Assembly (NCBI RefSeq): GCF_001194135.2
Contig: NC_068984.1
Coordinates: 62,909,532 to 62,949,916 of the forward strand
Source of the DNA: Octopus bimaculoides
Taxonomy: Eukaryota
DNA: 40,385 nucleotides
Direction: 5' to 3'
Shown: positions 24,822 through 35,023 of the stretch, piece by piece
Numbering within the stretch: the first letter of the stretch is position 1
Layout: every line of letters begins with the position of its first letter
The notes under the pieces: generated by a model
What the model was told of the DNA's origin: nothing
Databases searched by the model: none
The model's input: only the letters and a program-made list of their open reading frames with translations
Made by a program: the position numbers and the translations under genes

Positions 24822-24822
<1 letters not shown>
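24420..24822 (-). mobile_element. 5'-truncated RLE-type (R4/Dong/NeSL-like) LINE, fragment 1, with 3' UTR and (CAA)(TAA)n tail
   Basis: Translation DNENRKCQIIEFTVPNNEKIHMRILEKIVKYQDLAITLQRLWKA*VKCTLVVIGTLGTIP...EEIGIKPNSVQLQKTVLLVTGRILRRVLCI* matches the restriction-like endonuclease C-terminus (..C.IID..VP...EK..KY.DL...L.RLW...P.VIG.LG...LQK..LLGT.RILR.VL). Stop at 24533-24535. Confidence 0.88.
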
Positions 24823-24905
<83 letters not shown>

Positions 24906-24949
24906 TTGCTACTACTACTACTACCACCACCACCACCACCACCACCACC

Positions 24950-24994
<45 letters not shown>

Positions 24995-25007
24995 GCTACT
25001 ACCACCA
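24823..25007. repeat. Compound trinucleotide microsatellite (CTA)n(CTG)n(CTA)n(CCA)n(CTA)n
   Basis: Directly visible; explains the poly-Y/C/H, poly-T/A and poly-V ORFs. Confidence 0.97.
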
Positions 25008-25155
25008 TGCTATTGAAATTGTTCAGTTATATAATACTCTCCTGATTATTCTGGCCATGCCAAGGAGGCAAACATTTTGTAATAGTTCTACTGGGCACTC
25101 TATTCCAATTTCCATAATTTTTCTCTTGATGCCTACTGAGATTTTCCTAAGGACC

Positions 25156-25160
<5 letters not shown>
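25008..25160 (-). mobile_element. 5'-truncated RLE-type LINE, fragment 2 (different subfamily)
   Basis: GSLG, then after a frameshift KIMEIGIECPVELLQNVCLLGMARIIRRVLYN* (TGA at 25023-25025). Same RLE C-terminal motif as fragment 1 but a different sequence and a very short 3' UTR. Confidence 0.8.
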
Positions 25161-25218
<58 letters not shown>

Positions 25219-25234
25219 CATTATTATTATTATT
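25158..25234. repeat. (TTA)n microsatellite
   Basis: Directly visible. Confidence 0.97.
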
Positions 25235-25768
25235 GAGTGAGAGAGCAGTACATGTCATCAAAGTGAAACTGGGTTAAAATATGCGAAGCTCGGTATACCC
25301 ATCATGACTACCCCGGCTGATAAAGTTACACCAGGCACATGCATCACAGCCATATGTGCGCCACATAGTGATCTTGCAGGTGGGGCCCAGTTAGAATTTT
25401 CTTCAGATCGAGTAGCCCGTCCTACTAAAAAGGTCCCTGAATAATGTTTGTTTAAAGATGTTGAACGAAACGCCCATGTTTCGAAAGATAAATTATCCAA
25501 ACCCCAAACATTTCCACTCAACACATGGCTATCATGCTCTCCCACTACTTCTGCTAGTGATCAGAGATGCACATATCGTCAGCCACTAAGGGACATGCTC
25601 AACTGATTAAGGTCAAACAATTGGCAAGCAAATTTTTTGTGTTGAGCAGAATATTTGCTGTAGCCTATCTTTTATACCAAGAAAAAAAAACAATGTACAT
25701 GATAACACTTCCAATCAGTTAAGATGACAAACCACTAGAGCTACTGCCTGGTACTGCATCAGGGCATT
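25235..25768 (-). mobile_element. ~550-bp non-coding interspersed element, copy B, (TAA)n on both sides
   Basis: Diverged paralog of 23606-24160 with a ~27-bp internal deletion after GTGATCT. The minus 5' end is AATGCCCTGATGCAGTACCAGG. Confidence 0.8.
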
Positions 25769-25871
25769 TATTATTATTATTATTATTATTGCTATTATTA
25801 TCATTATTATTATCATTATTATTAGTAGTAGTATTATTGTTGTTGTTGTTGTTGCTGTTGTTGTTATTGCT

Positions 25872-25933
<62 letters not shown>

Positions 25934-26000
25934 AATCATCATCATCATCATCATAATCATCACCATCATAATAATAATAATTATTATTATTACTATTATT
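25769..26000. repeat. Compound trinucleotide microsatellite (TTA)n(GTT)n(ATC)n(ATA)n
   Basis: Directly visible; explains the poly-M/I ORF at 25715-25969. Confidence 0.97.
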
Positions 26001-28425
26001 TATCGCTATTTTAGTAACCCCACGATCGAAACCGTTCCAGCTATCAACAATTTATATTGTTTCGGGCATCTAATTTTAAATTATCAAAGGTAGTTTCAAC
26101 TTTTCTTTAATGTAAGGTGTAAATTAAAGTAAATCAAATTACGTTTTTAAGAAGCCTAGTAACTACGAAGAGATTTTCCTGATAGCTCGTTTTTAGAGGT
26201 TATTTTGTATCATATCTGAGACAACTATATTTCGTATCAGACGTTTGTGAAAATAATTCTAATGTATACTAAATGTCCCTGAAATAAGACACCTTTGCAA
26301 ACATTTAACGTCATCTGTGAATCTTTATCAGTTTTCTGTCCATGCTATAGTAGTAAGTGAATTCAAACCACAGTTGTTCATTCCTTGCTCATCGATTCCT
26401 ATTCTTGTATAGCAAATAAAGACACCTATCTCGAAGTTGATATAGTACTATATAGACGTAATAGAATATGATGGTGATCGGAGATTGGAAGGTTGTGTAT
26501 GTGTAAAATATTGCAGATATAAATATTATATATAAATATTAGATGATGACCCATTTCGAAAGACATTAATTGTTCGAAATACCATAAGCCTGTTGATACT
26601 AGCACAGTAAAATACACTACCTTCTGGCAGTAAAATGTATGCTAATCAAATACTCAGCCGTCCAAAGATTTTTCTACTTTCAAGAGAGGACAGTACCTTA
26701 TCATAACAGATACTTTCATTTAGGTGAATGAATGTATTTAAATGTCCTATAATTTCCAAGAACTAAAGGCGAAAGTGGCAAAGAGATTGAAAATCTACAA
26801 TTTCTTTTCAATATGAATCCCATTCATTGACATAGATGTAATTCTCACTGAGTATTATATAAAATATTTAAGTCAGTAACTTCATTCAGCAACTTTATTT
26901 AATTTCTCTAAGTGAAATGGAAACTATGTTAAATCTTGTATTCGCATGGATTCATACCAATATAATCTGGTGTGAATGGCTTTTGTATTGACAAAGAGAC
27001 ATCAGATTCAAATTATATTAGTCTGACAATAATTTCTTTGTAAGCACATAGTTAAAGTTTAAGAATAAGTTATTGCTGTTAGCTGTGTCTGGATTGGATT
27101 TCTTTTTATCTGAAAGATGAAATAGACTTGTGCTGCTTATTACATTTTGATGAGGTCTTTAATCTATTATAGGATATTAGGATATTAAGTAGCTGTCCAT
27201 TCTACTTTCATTTATATTAAGCCTTTCTCAAATCCTGGTAGAGAGTTATCCGTCTCTGTTCCAGTTGTTGGAATGAATATTGAATTACAAAAAGGTGATT
27301 CGTTTCTAATGTGACTTACAGCAATATGTTTATTAGGACGATATATTCAGTTAGCAACACTCCTTTTACTTAGCTGAAAAGAGAGCTCTCTTTAAGAAGC
27401 ACAGTTCACTAATGCGAGAAGTAATGTAATAATTTAACAGTTAGATGACGCATATATTTGTAGAGTTGTCTTCATATTGGCTCGTAGATATGAAGAATGT
27501 ATGAGGTGATTTTGAGCATAACTATATGAGTATGATGTCTTCAATGACACTTCAAAATTTATGTCGTAACTGCAGGTCATTAGTATACAAAGATTCTATT
27601 ATACTATTCATTACTAATAACGCACTACAATTACTCAAGTCAGTCTTCAAACATCTTGAAAGCAAAGATTTATAATCAATATACTTCATAATCAATCCGC
27701 TTCTTAATTAATTAACTTAAATATTCTTGCTGTAGCTATAGCTCGAAATCTGTATGTATTTCCTTATGTCAAATATCAGCCATGAAATAAGAATGATAAG
27801 CTTATTGAAATTATTTTGCTTTGCATTAATTAGTCCGAGAAGAAACATTATGACTCTAATTGGAACATTTATTTAAATTCAGGAATAACAAAAGATCCCT
27901 ATCTTTGATTCATTTCAGCGGAAAAAAAACTGCAGGGCAACAAAAAAAAATGTGTCGGAAGAGAAAGGTAGTTTAGCAAGAAAAGCTGTAAGTGATGTTA
28001 TTGCTTTTTCTGTTGTATAAGAACAAATCAGATGAGCAGAATAATTATGAAAAACATTTTCTATCTTTGACAACCCGTCTTTCTTTTGGGTATTGTGTAT
28101 CTAGGAGTATATTATCCAATGTTCGCCCCCCCCCCACACACACTTACCAAAACATTAGTGGGATTTCGCACGCCGAGCGACATCACAGGTGAATTATTTA
28201 CTGGGATTTCAAATGAAGTGTCGACGTGTCATGACTCTTGTTTTTAAGAAGTGGATACAGAACTGGCGATTTCAGGGAAATAGAAGCTAATTGTAGAAAG
28301 TTAAAGGGAGGACACGGTATGACAACAGTGATATCTATATTTGAGGGATGTTTTATCAAATTCCGATGGGATGAGTTATTGACTTGAATCCATGATCACG
28401 AATCTAACATAATAACTTACATTAA

Positions 28426-28782
28426 GGCCACCTGCTTGGCAAAATTGTTAGCGTATCGAAAAAAATGCTTTGCAGTATTTGTTTCGGCTCTTTACGTTCT
28501 GAGTTCATATTCTGCCAAGGTCATCTTCGCTTTCCATCCTTTCTGGCTGGATAAAAATATAGTACAAATCAAGTGTAGGGTATCGACTAATTTCCCATCC
28601 ACAAGACCGCTAGCCTCATGTCGAAATTAAAACTTAAAGGCGGTGAATTGGCAGGATCGTTACTAACTTGGATAAAATACTTCATAGTTTTTATGTTCTA
28701 CGCTCAAATGCATCTGCGCTCCAGTTTGCCTTTCATCCTTTTAGAATCGACAAAAGAAGTACCAGTTGGGCACTAGGTTTAA
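28426..28782 (+). mobile_element. Two tandem decayed family 2 SINE copies (about 28426-28610 and 28639-28782)
   Basis: Each copy has GGC..G..TTGGCA.AAT.GTTA, a GTTCTGAGTTCA-like B box and TTT.CATCCTTT..GA.AAA..AGTAC, aligning with 24172-24383. Confidence 0.7.
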
Positions 28783-29139
28783 TGTACGTGACCTCACACT
28801 GCCTTGTGTACCGTTACTACAACTGTTTCTGCTTTTTATACCACCAATATCCCCAGACCATCCCTCCTATATTTTCTTCTTTCGGCAGTCATAGTGCGAC
28901 TCATTTTATCTTCTCGGCTCTTTCACTTGTCTCTAGGCATTACTTTCTCACCTCGGAACGGCAACGTTTTTCCTATAGTCTGATGCACGTTTTACTTATA
29001 GTCGACTTAGAAGTATTGAAGTTGCTCACAGGCAGTGTAAGATTCCGTAGCAAATGACTGAGACCCTCTGTGGTTCTTTTATTTGCTGAATAAACAAAAA
29101 ATATAACTCGGGTGAAACCAGGACTTATTAAACAATACA
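28783..29139 (+). mobile_element. Possible solo LTR
   Basis: Starts TG(TACG) and ends (ATA)CA, with AATAAA about 45 nt from the end and a pyrimidine-rich body. It abuts the point where a SINE copy stops. No target-site duplication found. Confidence 0.3.
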
Positions 29140-29181
29140 TACACAATAAGAAATATAGATTTATATATATTGTTTGTATAA

Positions 29182-29306
29182 AGAGAAAGAGACTTGCCGC
29201 AGCCAGACTATCTTAGTTTTAGGTCAACAAGAGATGTTGCTGGTCTGAGACTAAGCATCAACATATTCGTATAGTCTACAAACTCTATAACAAGTCTCCC
29301 TTCTCT
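29182..29306. repeat. Decayed foldback element
   Basis: AGAGAA-GAGACTTG..AGACTAT..CTTAGTTTTAGGTCAAC pairs blockwise with GTTGCTGGTCTGAGACTAAG..ATAGTCT..CAAGTCTC-CCTTCTCT; arms contain indels. Confidence 0.55.
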
Positions 29307-29315
29307 CTCACTGGC

Positions 29316-29790
29316 TTTTTAGATTTAGGTCCTCTTCCGAAGTTCTGTGCATTAAGTGGCAAACTTCTATAACCAGGTTCGTCGGTTGCTAAAGTTGGAC
29401 ATCTGTTACCCGTAATGCGGACTTCCAATCATTTAGAAATGTGATCTTCAACTTGCTCCTTTTACGCTTGCAGTCAGCTGGTACCCAAGATATGGCTGTT
29501 TTCGAGTGCCGTTGACCGGTATGACACAAAATATGGATAACCAGGTGGAAACAGTACCCTGCTACACTTTCTTGCATTAGTCATCATCTCGTTAGGCTCA
29601 GAATCAGTTCATTTGTAACAAGGTAGCACCAGTTAATTCTCCAAATTTTTCTCGAGCACCATTGATGAAATGCATTTACTTTTTCTCCGTCCCAAGTGTG
29701 CTCTTCTAAGTCATGTTGGCGTAGATTGCTGTAAGCAGAACGATAGATTTATAAAGATCATGAAATACTGCCAAAATCCCAGTTACCACT
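29316..29790 (-). mobile_element. RTE-clade LINE 3' fragment (degenerate RT C-terminal region)
   Basis: Minus translation LYKSIVLLTAIYANMT*KST...VNAFHQWCSRKIWRINWCYLVTNELILSLT...HIL...RHSKTAISWVPADCKRKR matches the RTE C-terminal pattern (LYG.ETW..; LNAFHQ.CLRKI..I.W...TNE; R.SK.A..W.P..KRKRGRP). Several stops; ends near CTAAATCTAA. Confidence 0.85.
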
Positions 29791-30752
29791 TTTCTTCAAT
29801 TATTGTAACATTATTATTCCACAACAATTATTTAATTGAAATATTTTAAGCGCATCGCACAATAGTATTTCTACTGCATGTGGAATATCTGTACACAATA
29901 TATTCGTGTATGATACACACACTTATTTAATATATAACTGCAATCAAATAAATGAAATAAAGTAAAACGAATATCATTTGCTTTTGTTTTATTGACAGGC
30001 GTCTAATTTTTAAGTAACAATAGAATGAAGTGTTTGGTATACTTATAACTGAACATAAAATCAATAAGACACATTGATATGTAGAAATAATTATAAAAAA
30101 TATAAACAACCATGTTTTTTGTTTTTAAATTTCGATTTATTTTTAACATGATTTATTTTAACATGAAGTTTTGACATATTGATCAAACTACTTGATATTA
30201 AGCAGCTTATAAATTGGTTTTTAGTTTGGAGATTATCACAACTACGAGGAAACGGAAACACGATTTGCTAAAGTAGTCTATATTTCTTTTACTTGAATAT
30301 AGACAGTGAATCCACTCATTAGACATATACATTGTTTCAGCAAAATTAGATGAGTTGCTAAATGCATCTTTCATTATCTTCCAGATTCACTCAGTTAAAA
30401 GACGTAAATATAGTGGTAGAAGAGCGATAGATAGTAACATTCTCCGGTCCAGTTGTACAAGGAACCTCTCTGCTGATGTGTTGAAGCTATCATCTTGTGG
30501 TTAATCTTCATAATATGGTAATTTCTTATCCTGTGATCTCCCGAGTATAACTGTTGTGTAAAAAACAAAACTCCTCTCGGAAACAGCCTAGTCATGGGTT
30601 TGCTCTCACAGAGTGGCTCTTTTGAGGAACGTGAAACTCTGAGTAACAGTTTTTGTGATATTTCTGCTGCTTTTAAATAAAGCATATTACTCTACCTCTG
30701 CCATTCGACAACTATTTTTTCCACCTTGTTTCGCATTTATGTGCTTACTCCG

Positions 30753-30821
<69 letters not shown>

Positions 30822-30828
30822 TACATAC

Positions 30829-31023
30829 ATTTTAAAAGATTAATACAGAGGACGGGGTGTAACTAGAATCATTCATTAGCACAACAGTCGTTTTGGCTTC
30901 ATACTGCACTACTCTCTCTGCTTCCACGCTCACAAGGGAGCAATGCAGTATAAAGCCGAAAGGATTGTTGTGTTAATAAATGCTTCTAGCTACACTCCGT
31001 CATCGGTATTAATCTTTTAAAAT
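30829..31023. repeat. Long foldback (inverted repeat), MITE-like
   Basis: Arms 30829-30908 and 30944-31023 are 80 bp each, ungapped, with 11 mismatches by hand count and a 35-bp spacer. Confidence 0.9.
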
Positions 31024-32061
31024 ATACCCTATGTGCGCCTTGGAATTCCGATCGTAAATCCAACGACGAACGCACAGTATCACCGATGACGCCTAGTAGC
31101 CATAAGTGGTGAAGGTGCTCTGCTGGCACACTATGTACTACGCGGGACTTTGCTTGTAGCAAAGGTTCAGATATTGCATTTAACGCCTACATTTTAAACC
31201 TTAATTCTTTAATTTTGAATTTCACTTTCATATATATATATATATATACGTTAATTAGAGGATATGTTAACCTCTTAAAGGGATGATCACATCCAAGAAA
31301 ACGCTAGTTCTATACATTATATCTATGGGAAATAAAATTTCCCTCAATCATTAGGTATATATTAAGTATATAATCCGTATTAAATTAAAAGAAGAAAATG
31401 TAGGGTTACTGATTAATATTGAATATTAATAAATTGATAATCATTTCTTCCTACAGCTGTTTCCATTTGTATTCATTGAAGAAATTACAAATTTATGCAT
31501 TAAATTTGCATTTATAAGTTATGAGCAAAATATCATCAGGGAAAAGTTAGACATTAAAAACTTACATGTTGACCTATTTGTTCTTTGCAACTTATTAAAT
31601 ATATGGAGTTGTTTTATTTTTATTTCGCTATGTGCGTGGATGGGGGTTATTAGTTTAATTTGAATATAACAATTTGAATATAATTTGAATATAACAGAAA
31701 TGAAATAAAGAATAAGATAAAATAAAATAAGATAGAATATAATATATACATATATAGCTACATATGTACAGATAGAGAGACATATACCAATATNNNNNNN
31801 NNNNNNNNNNNNNNNNNNNNNNNNNNNNNNNNNNNNNNNNNNNNNNNNNNNNNNNNNNNNNNNNNNNNNNNNNNNNNNNNNNNNNNNNNNNNNNNNNNNN
31901 NNNNNNNNNNNNNNNNNNNNNNNNNNNNNNNNNNNNNNNNNNNNNNNNNNNNNNNNNNNNNNNNNNNNNNNNNNNNNNNNNNNNNNNNNNNNNNNNNNNN
32001 NNNNNNNNNNNNNNNNNNNNNNNNNNNNNNNNNNNNNNNNNNNNNNNNNNNNNNNNNNNNN

Positions 32062-32099
<38 letters not shown>

Positions 32100-32584
32100 G
32101 CACGTATATACATGGACAGATACACACACATGTACATAAACACATGCGCGTAGCATACACACATACACACATACATAGACATTACAATAATCAATTCAAT
32201 AGTATTTGTTTATATTACAGTATAATTAAACTAATGCTTAGATCAAATTCATTTACATAAAATGACATTTACATAATGCATAGATATATATCTCTCACAT
32301 AACGAGCACGATGAATATACATTATTTCATTAGATTAGCGTTAGAAATGTAGTGCATTGCGTCATCATACTTGGCGTTTATAGAAACATTACTGAATATT
32401 CTCAATCCATAAGAGTTTAGTTCATTTCTATTAATTTATTAATTAGTGCGTATCATTAATTATTGCTTGAAGTTTATATTAAAGTAATATAATAGGCTGA
32501 ATATTGTGTATATTGATAAGAGAAATATTCTATATTATTCAGCTACGTATAAATATAGAACATTTGGTATTATATTAGCTACAG

Positions 32585-32649
32585 ATATCTGATGAATTAC
32601 GTCATCACAAATAGTGTTTATAGAAATAGTTACGAAACATATTCGATAT
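32585..32649 (+). ncRNA. Decayed hammerhead-like motif downstream of the Penelope remnant
   Basis: ATATC/CTGATGA (32589-32595)...GTTAC-GAAA (32634-32637)-CATAT-TC-GATAT. ATATC and GATAT are complementary and CATAT(G) is a near-palindrome. Stem II is degenerate. Confidence 0.35.
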
Positions 32650-32999
32650 ACAATAATTAAGTTAATCTCTATAAATTAATTAATAATCATTATTATTAAT
32701 TAGTGGTTAAATTTTTTTATCAGAATTTAAATTCTTAATGTAAGGTAATAAATTTGAATATGGTATGTATTATAAGCGATATTATCGATAATATTTAGTT
32801 AGGTATAAATATAGAATAAATACAGAATTTCGGTTCAAATGGATTCAGAAGATTCTTCTAATAAATGGATTCATATTAATTTCAATATGTAATACCAATA
32901 GATAAAATAACCCTAATCTAACTATATCAATAGGTAAAATGCCTCCTAAATATTAGAGGATATTATATGAATATGATATTATATAGTTTAACATTACCT

Positions 33000-33730
33000 T
33001 ATGATAACTATATCATTTAATCATACTTAGAGAATATATATTTCGCTAAGGGAATACAAGATCAACTTTTTCTTTGGTTAAGTAAATAGTTCCTAGATGT
33101 ACGGATTTCTATGCCTCTTCGGTACACAACTCGCACCGTTTGTTTCATAGAAACTTACTTAATCTGGTAGAGTTCATTTTTTGTCTATGTTTAAAGCTTT
33201 GTAAATTATTAGCAGCCCTAATCTTAATGTTGTATTCTGTTGACCCTACATAATAGAATTTCTTTCCTTCAGATTCAGCTATGATAGACTACGTTATCTT
33301 TCTTACAACATTTTAAAATTTACTATTAATTTTATTTTTACAGTTACAGGTTTCATTTACATCTTTATGTATAAATTTATTCAAAGTATTGTTACGAAAG
33401 GAATTAACATGGGTTACTTCCCTTCTATCATTAAGGTATGTATGGTTGTTGGCGGTATTATTTAGGTTAGGGAAATTATGTTGGTATTGAGATAAATTAC
33501 TGTAATGAATATTTCTATTACTGTATAAATTATATTTTTTCTTTTGTTATTAATAGATGAAATAATCATGAACAGATTGCGAGTTAAACTATAACCAACT
33601 CTGATAAACTAATAATTAATAATTCACTATAACTATTATACTTATTAAAAGGCTTATAAAGAAACCTGTATATAGATTTAATTAAATTAATTTAAATTTG
33701 CATTGCATAAAAGAGAAGTACTTTTTCTGT
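33000..33730 (-). mobile_element. Penelope-like element remnant: RT C-terminus/linker and GIY-YIG endonuclease
   Basis: Minus translation RVGYSLTRNLFMIISSINNKR (cf. KISYSC..N...II..HN.K), then CCKKDNVVY, EGKKFYYVGSTEYNIKIRAANNLQSFKHRQKMNSTRLSKFL*, and a decayed C.LCL.EK-type motif near 33070-33030. This is the typical Penelope GIY-YIG order; many disablements. Confidence 0.82.
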
Positions 33731-34273
33731 CTATAGGGGCACTTTGCTCGATTTTCTAAAATTGTTTTTACATCTATTCTCTTGCGTTCGAGAATTTCTT
33801 AATTTCTAATACAAATAAACTTATATCACCATCACCTGACACTATAACACCAACAACTCACACGAGTCATTTCGCAAAAGATATAACAAAACTCACAGCA
33901 ATATCACTCAGCTAACAAAGACTACAGAACACAAACACATAACCTATACAAATGATACACGATATTAAATCTCACGGCGTACCTACAAAATTCGAACTCA
34001 ATGCTTAACAACAGAATAATTCATGTTGTAGACACTCTAAACCACAAATTCAATACAATATAAAACTAAAAATAATATCAAGAAGAAGAGAGCAAATGCC
34101 GTGACAAAGTATGTCTGATTTTTTAAACAAACCCAATTTTTCAACTTTCGACACCAAATGATAATATCGAAGACAGCTCAGAAATACGCTAGTGCTAATG
34201 GTGGTCTAATACCAACTCACATAAAGCTATCGTAAAAAAACTCCCGATGGTAACCATAAAAAGAAAACGTATA

Positions 34274-34449
34274 CGACGGGATGCTGAGAAGTTCCTGGCT
34301 TTGGGTAAAATACAGGAAAATCAGTTAATTGTGATTTCATTCAACATATTCCCCTCTTAGATTTGCTTTGTAAAAGAACTCGGTGGGTTGAGCTTCCAGC
34401 CAGGCCTTTCGCGATACCCTTAAAGCCAACAACTTTCATCACCCACTCG
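34274..34449. mobile_element. Tc1/mariner-derived MITE with TA target duplication
   Basis: TA|CGACGGGATGCTGAGAAGTTCCTGGCTTT ... AAAGCCAACAACTTTCATCACCCACTCG|TA. Imperfect ~28-bp TIRs with TA at 34272-34273 and 34450-34451. Confidence 0.8.
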
Positions 34450-34469
34450 TATACCAGAAATTTGTTCAG

Positions 34470-34760
34470 GGTATGGCTAAGTGATAGCGCTCCGAGGTAT
34501 GAGGATCAATGTACAGAAGACTATTAAGGAGAATCGGTTTTTGTCCAATGTAATTGTCCCCTGACCGAATTATCAGTGCCGACAGCTGAAAATGTATTTG
34601 TGAAAGAAATGAGAAATTATCTATTTTTAAAGATTGAAATATACGATCACCATGATATGGAGATTAAAATGGAAATATTCCATCACGCAACTAGTGTCCT
34701 AGAAATGATCTTAAAATATGCACAAATCTACATAATGAAAATGTCAGCAGTTGGGATTAT
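34470..34760 (+). pseudogene. Possible decayed cysteine-rich (EGF/laminin-type) exon
   Basis: YEDQCTEDY*GESVFVQCNCPLTEL, then after a frameshift SADS*KCICERN...CPRNDLKICTN. The QCNCP...KCIC spacing resembles multi-EGF repeats; several stops. Confidence 0.2.
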
Positions 34761-34819
34761 ACACAACATTCAAGAAAAAACATTACTACTGTACACACTG
34801 TATGCACATCGATTTCAAA

Positions 34820-35023
34820 TTTTGGCCTAAGTCCAGTAATTTTGGGTGGGAGGGAGAAGTAGATTAAATGGAGTCCAGTGCTCATTTGGTACTTATTTTA
34901 TCGACCTCGAAAGGATAAAACGCAAAGTCAATTTCCGCGGAATTTGAACTCAGACTCGAAAGGCGGATAAAACGCCACTAAGCATTTTACCCAGTGAGCT
35001 AGTAATCTTCCAGTTCCCCACCT
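34820..35023 (-). mobile_element. Family 2 SINE copy
   Basis: The reverse complement shows AAAATGCTTAG, TCTGAGTTCAAATTCCGCGG, GACTTTGCGTTTTATCCTTTCGAGGTCGATAAAATAAGTACCA and TTAGGCC. Confidence 0.75.

Noticed and set aside
23339-25969. Homopolymeric ORFs (poly-N, L, Y, V, T, M)
   Set aside because: Translations of trinucleotide microsatellites; only the RLE-LINE parts are coding-derived.
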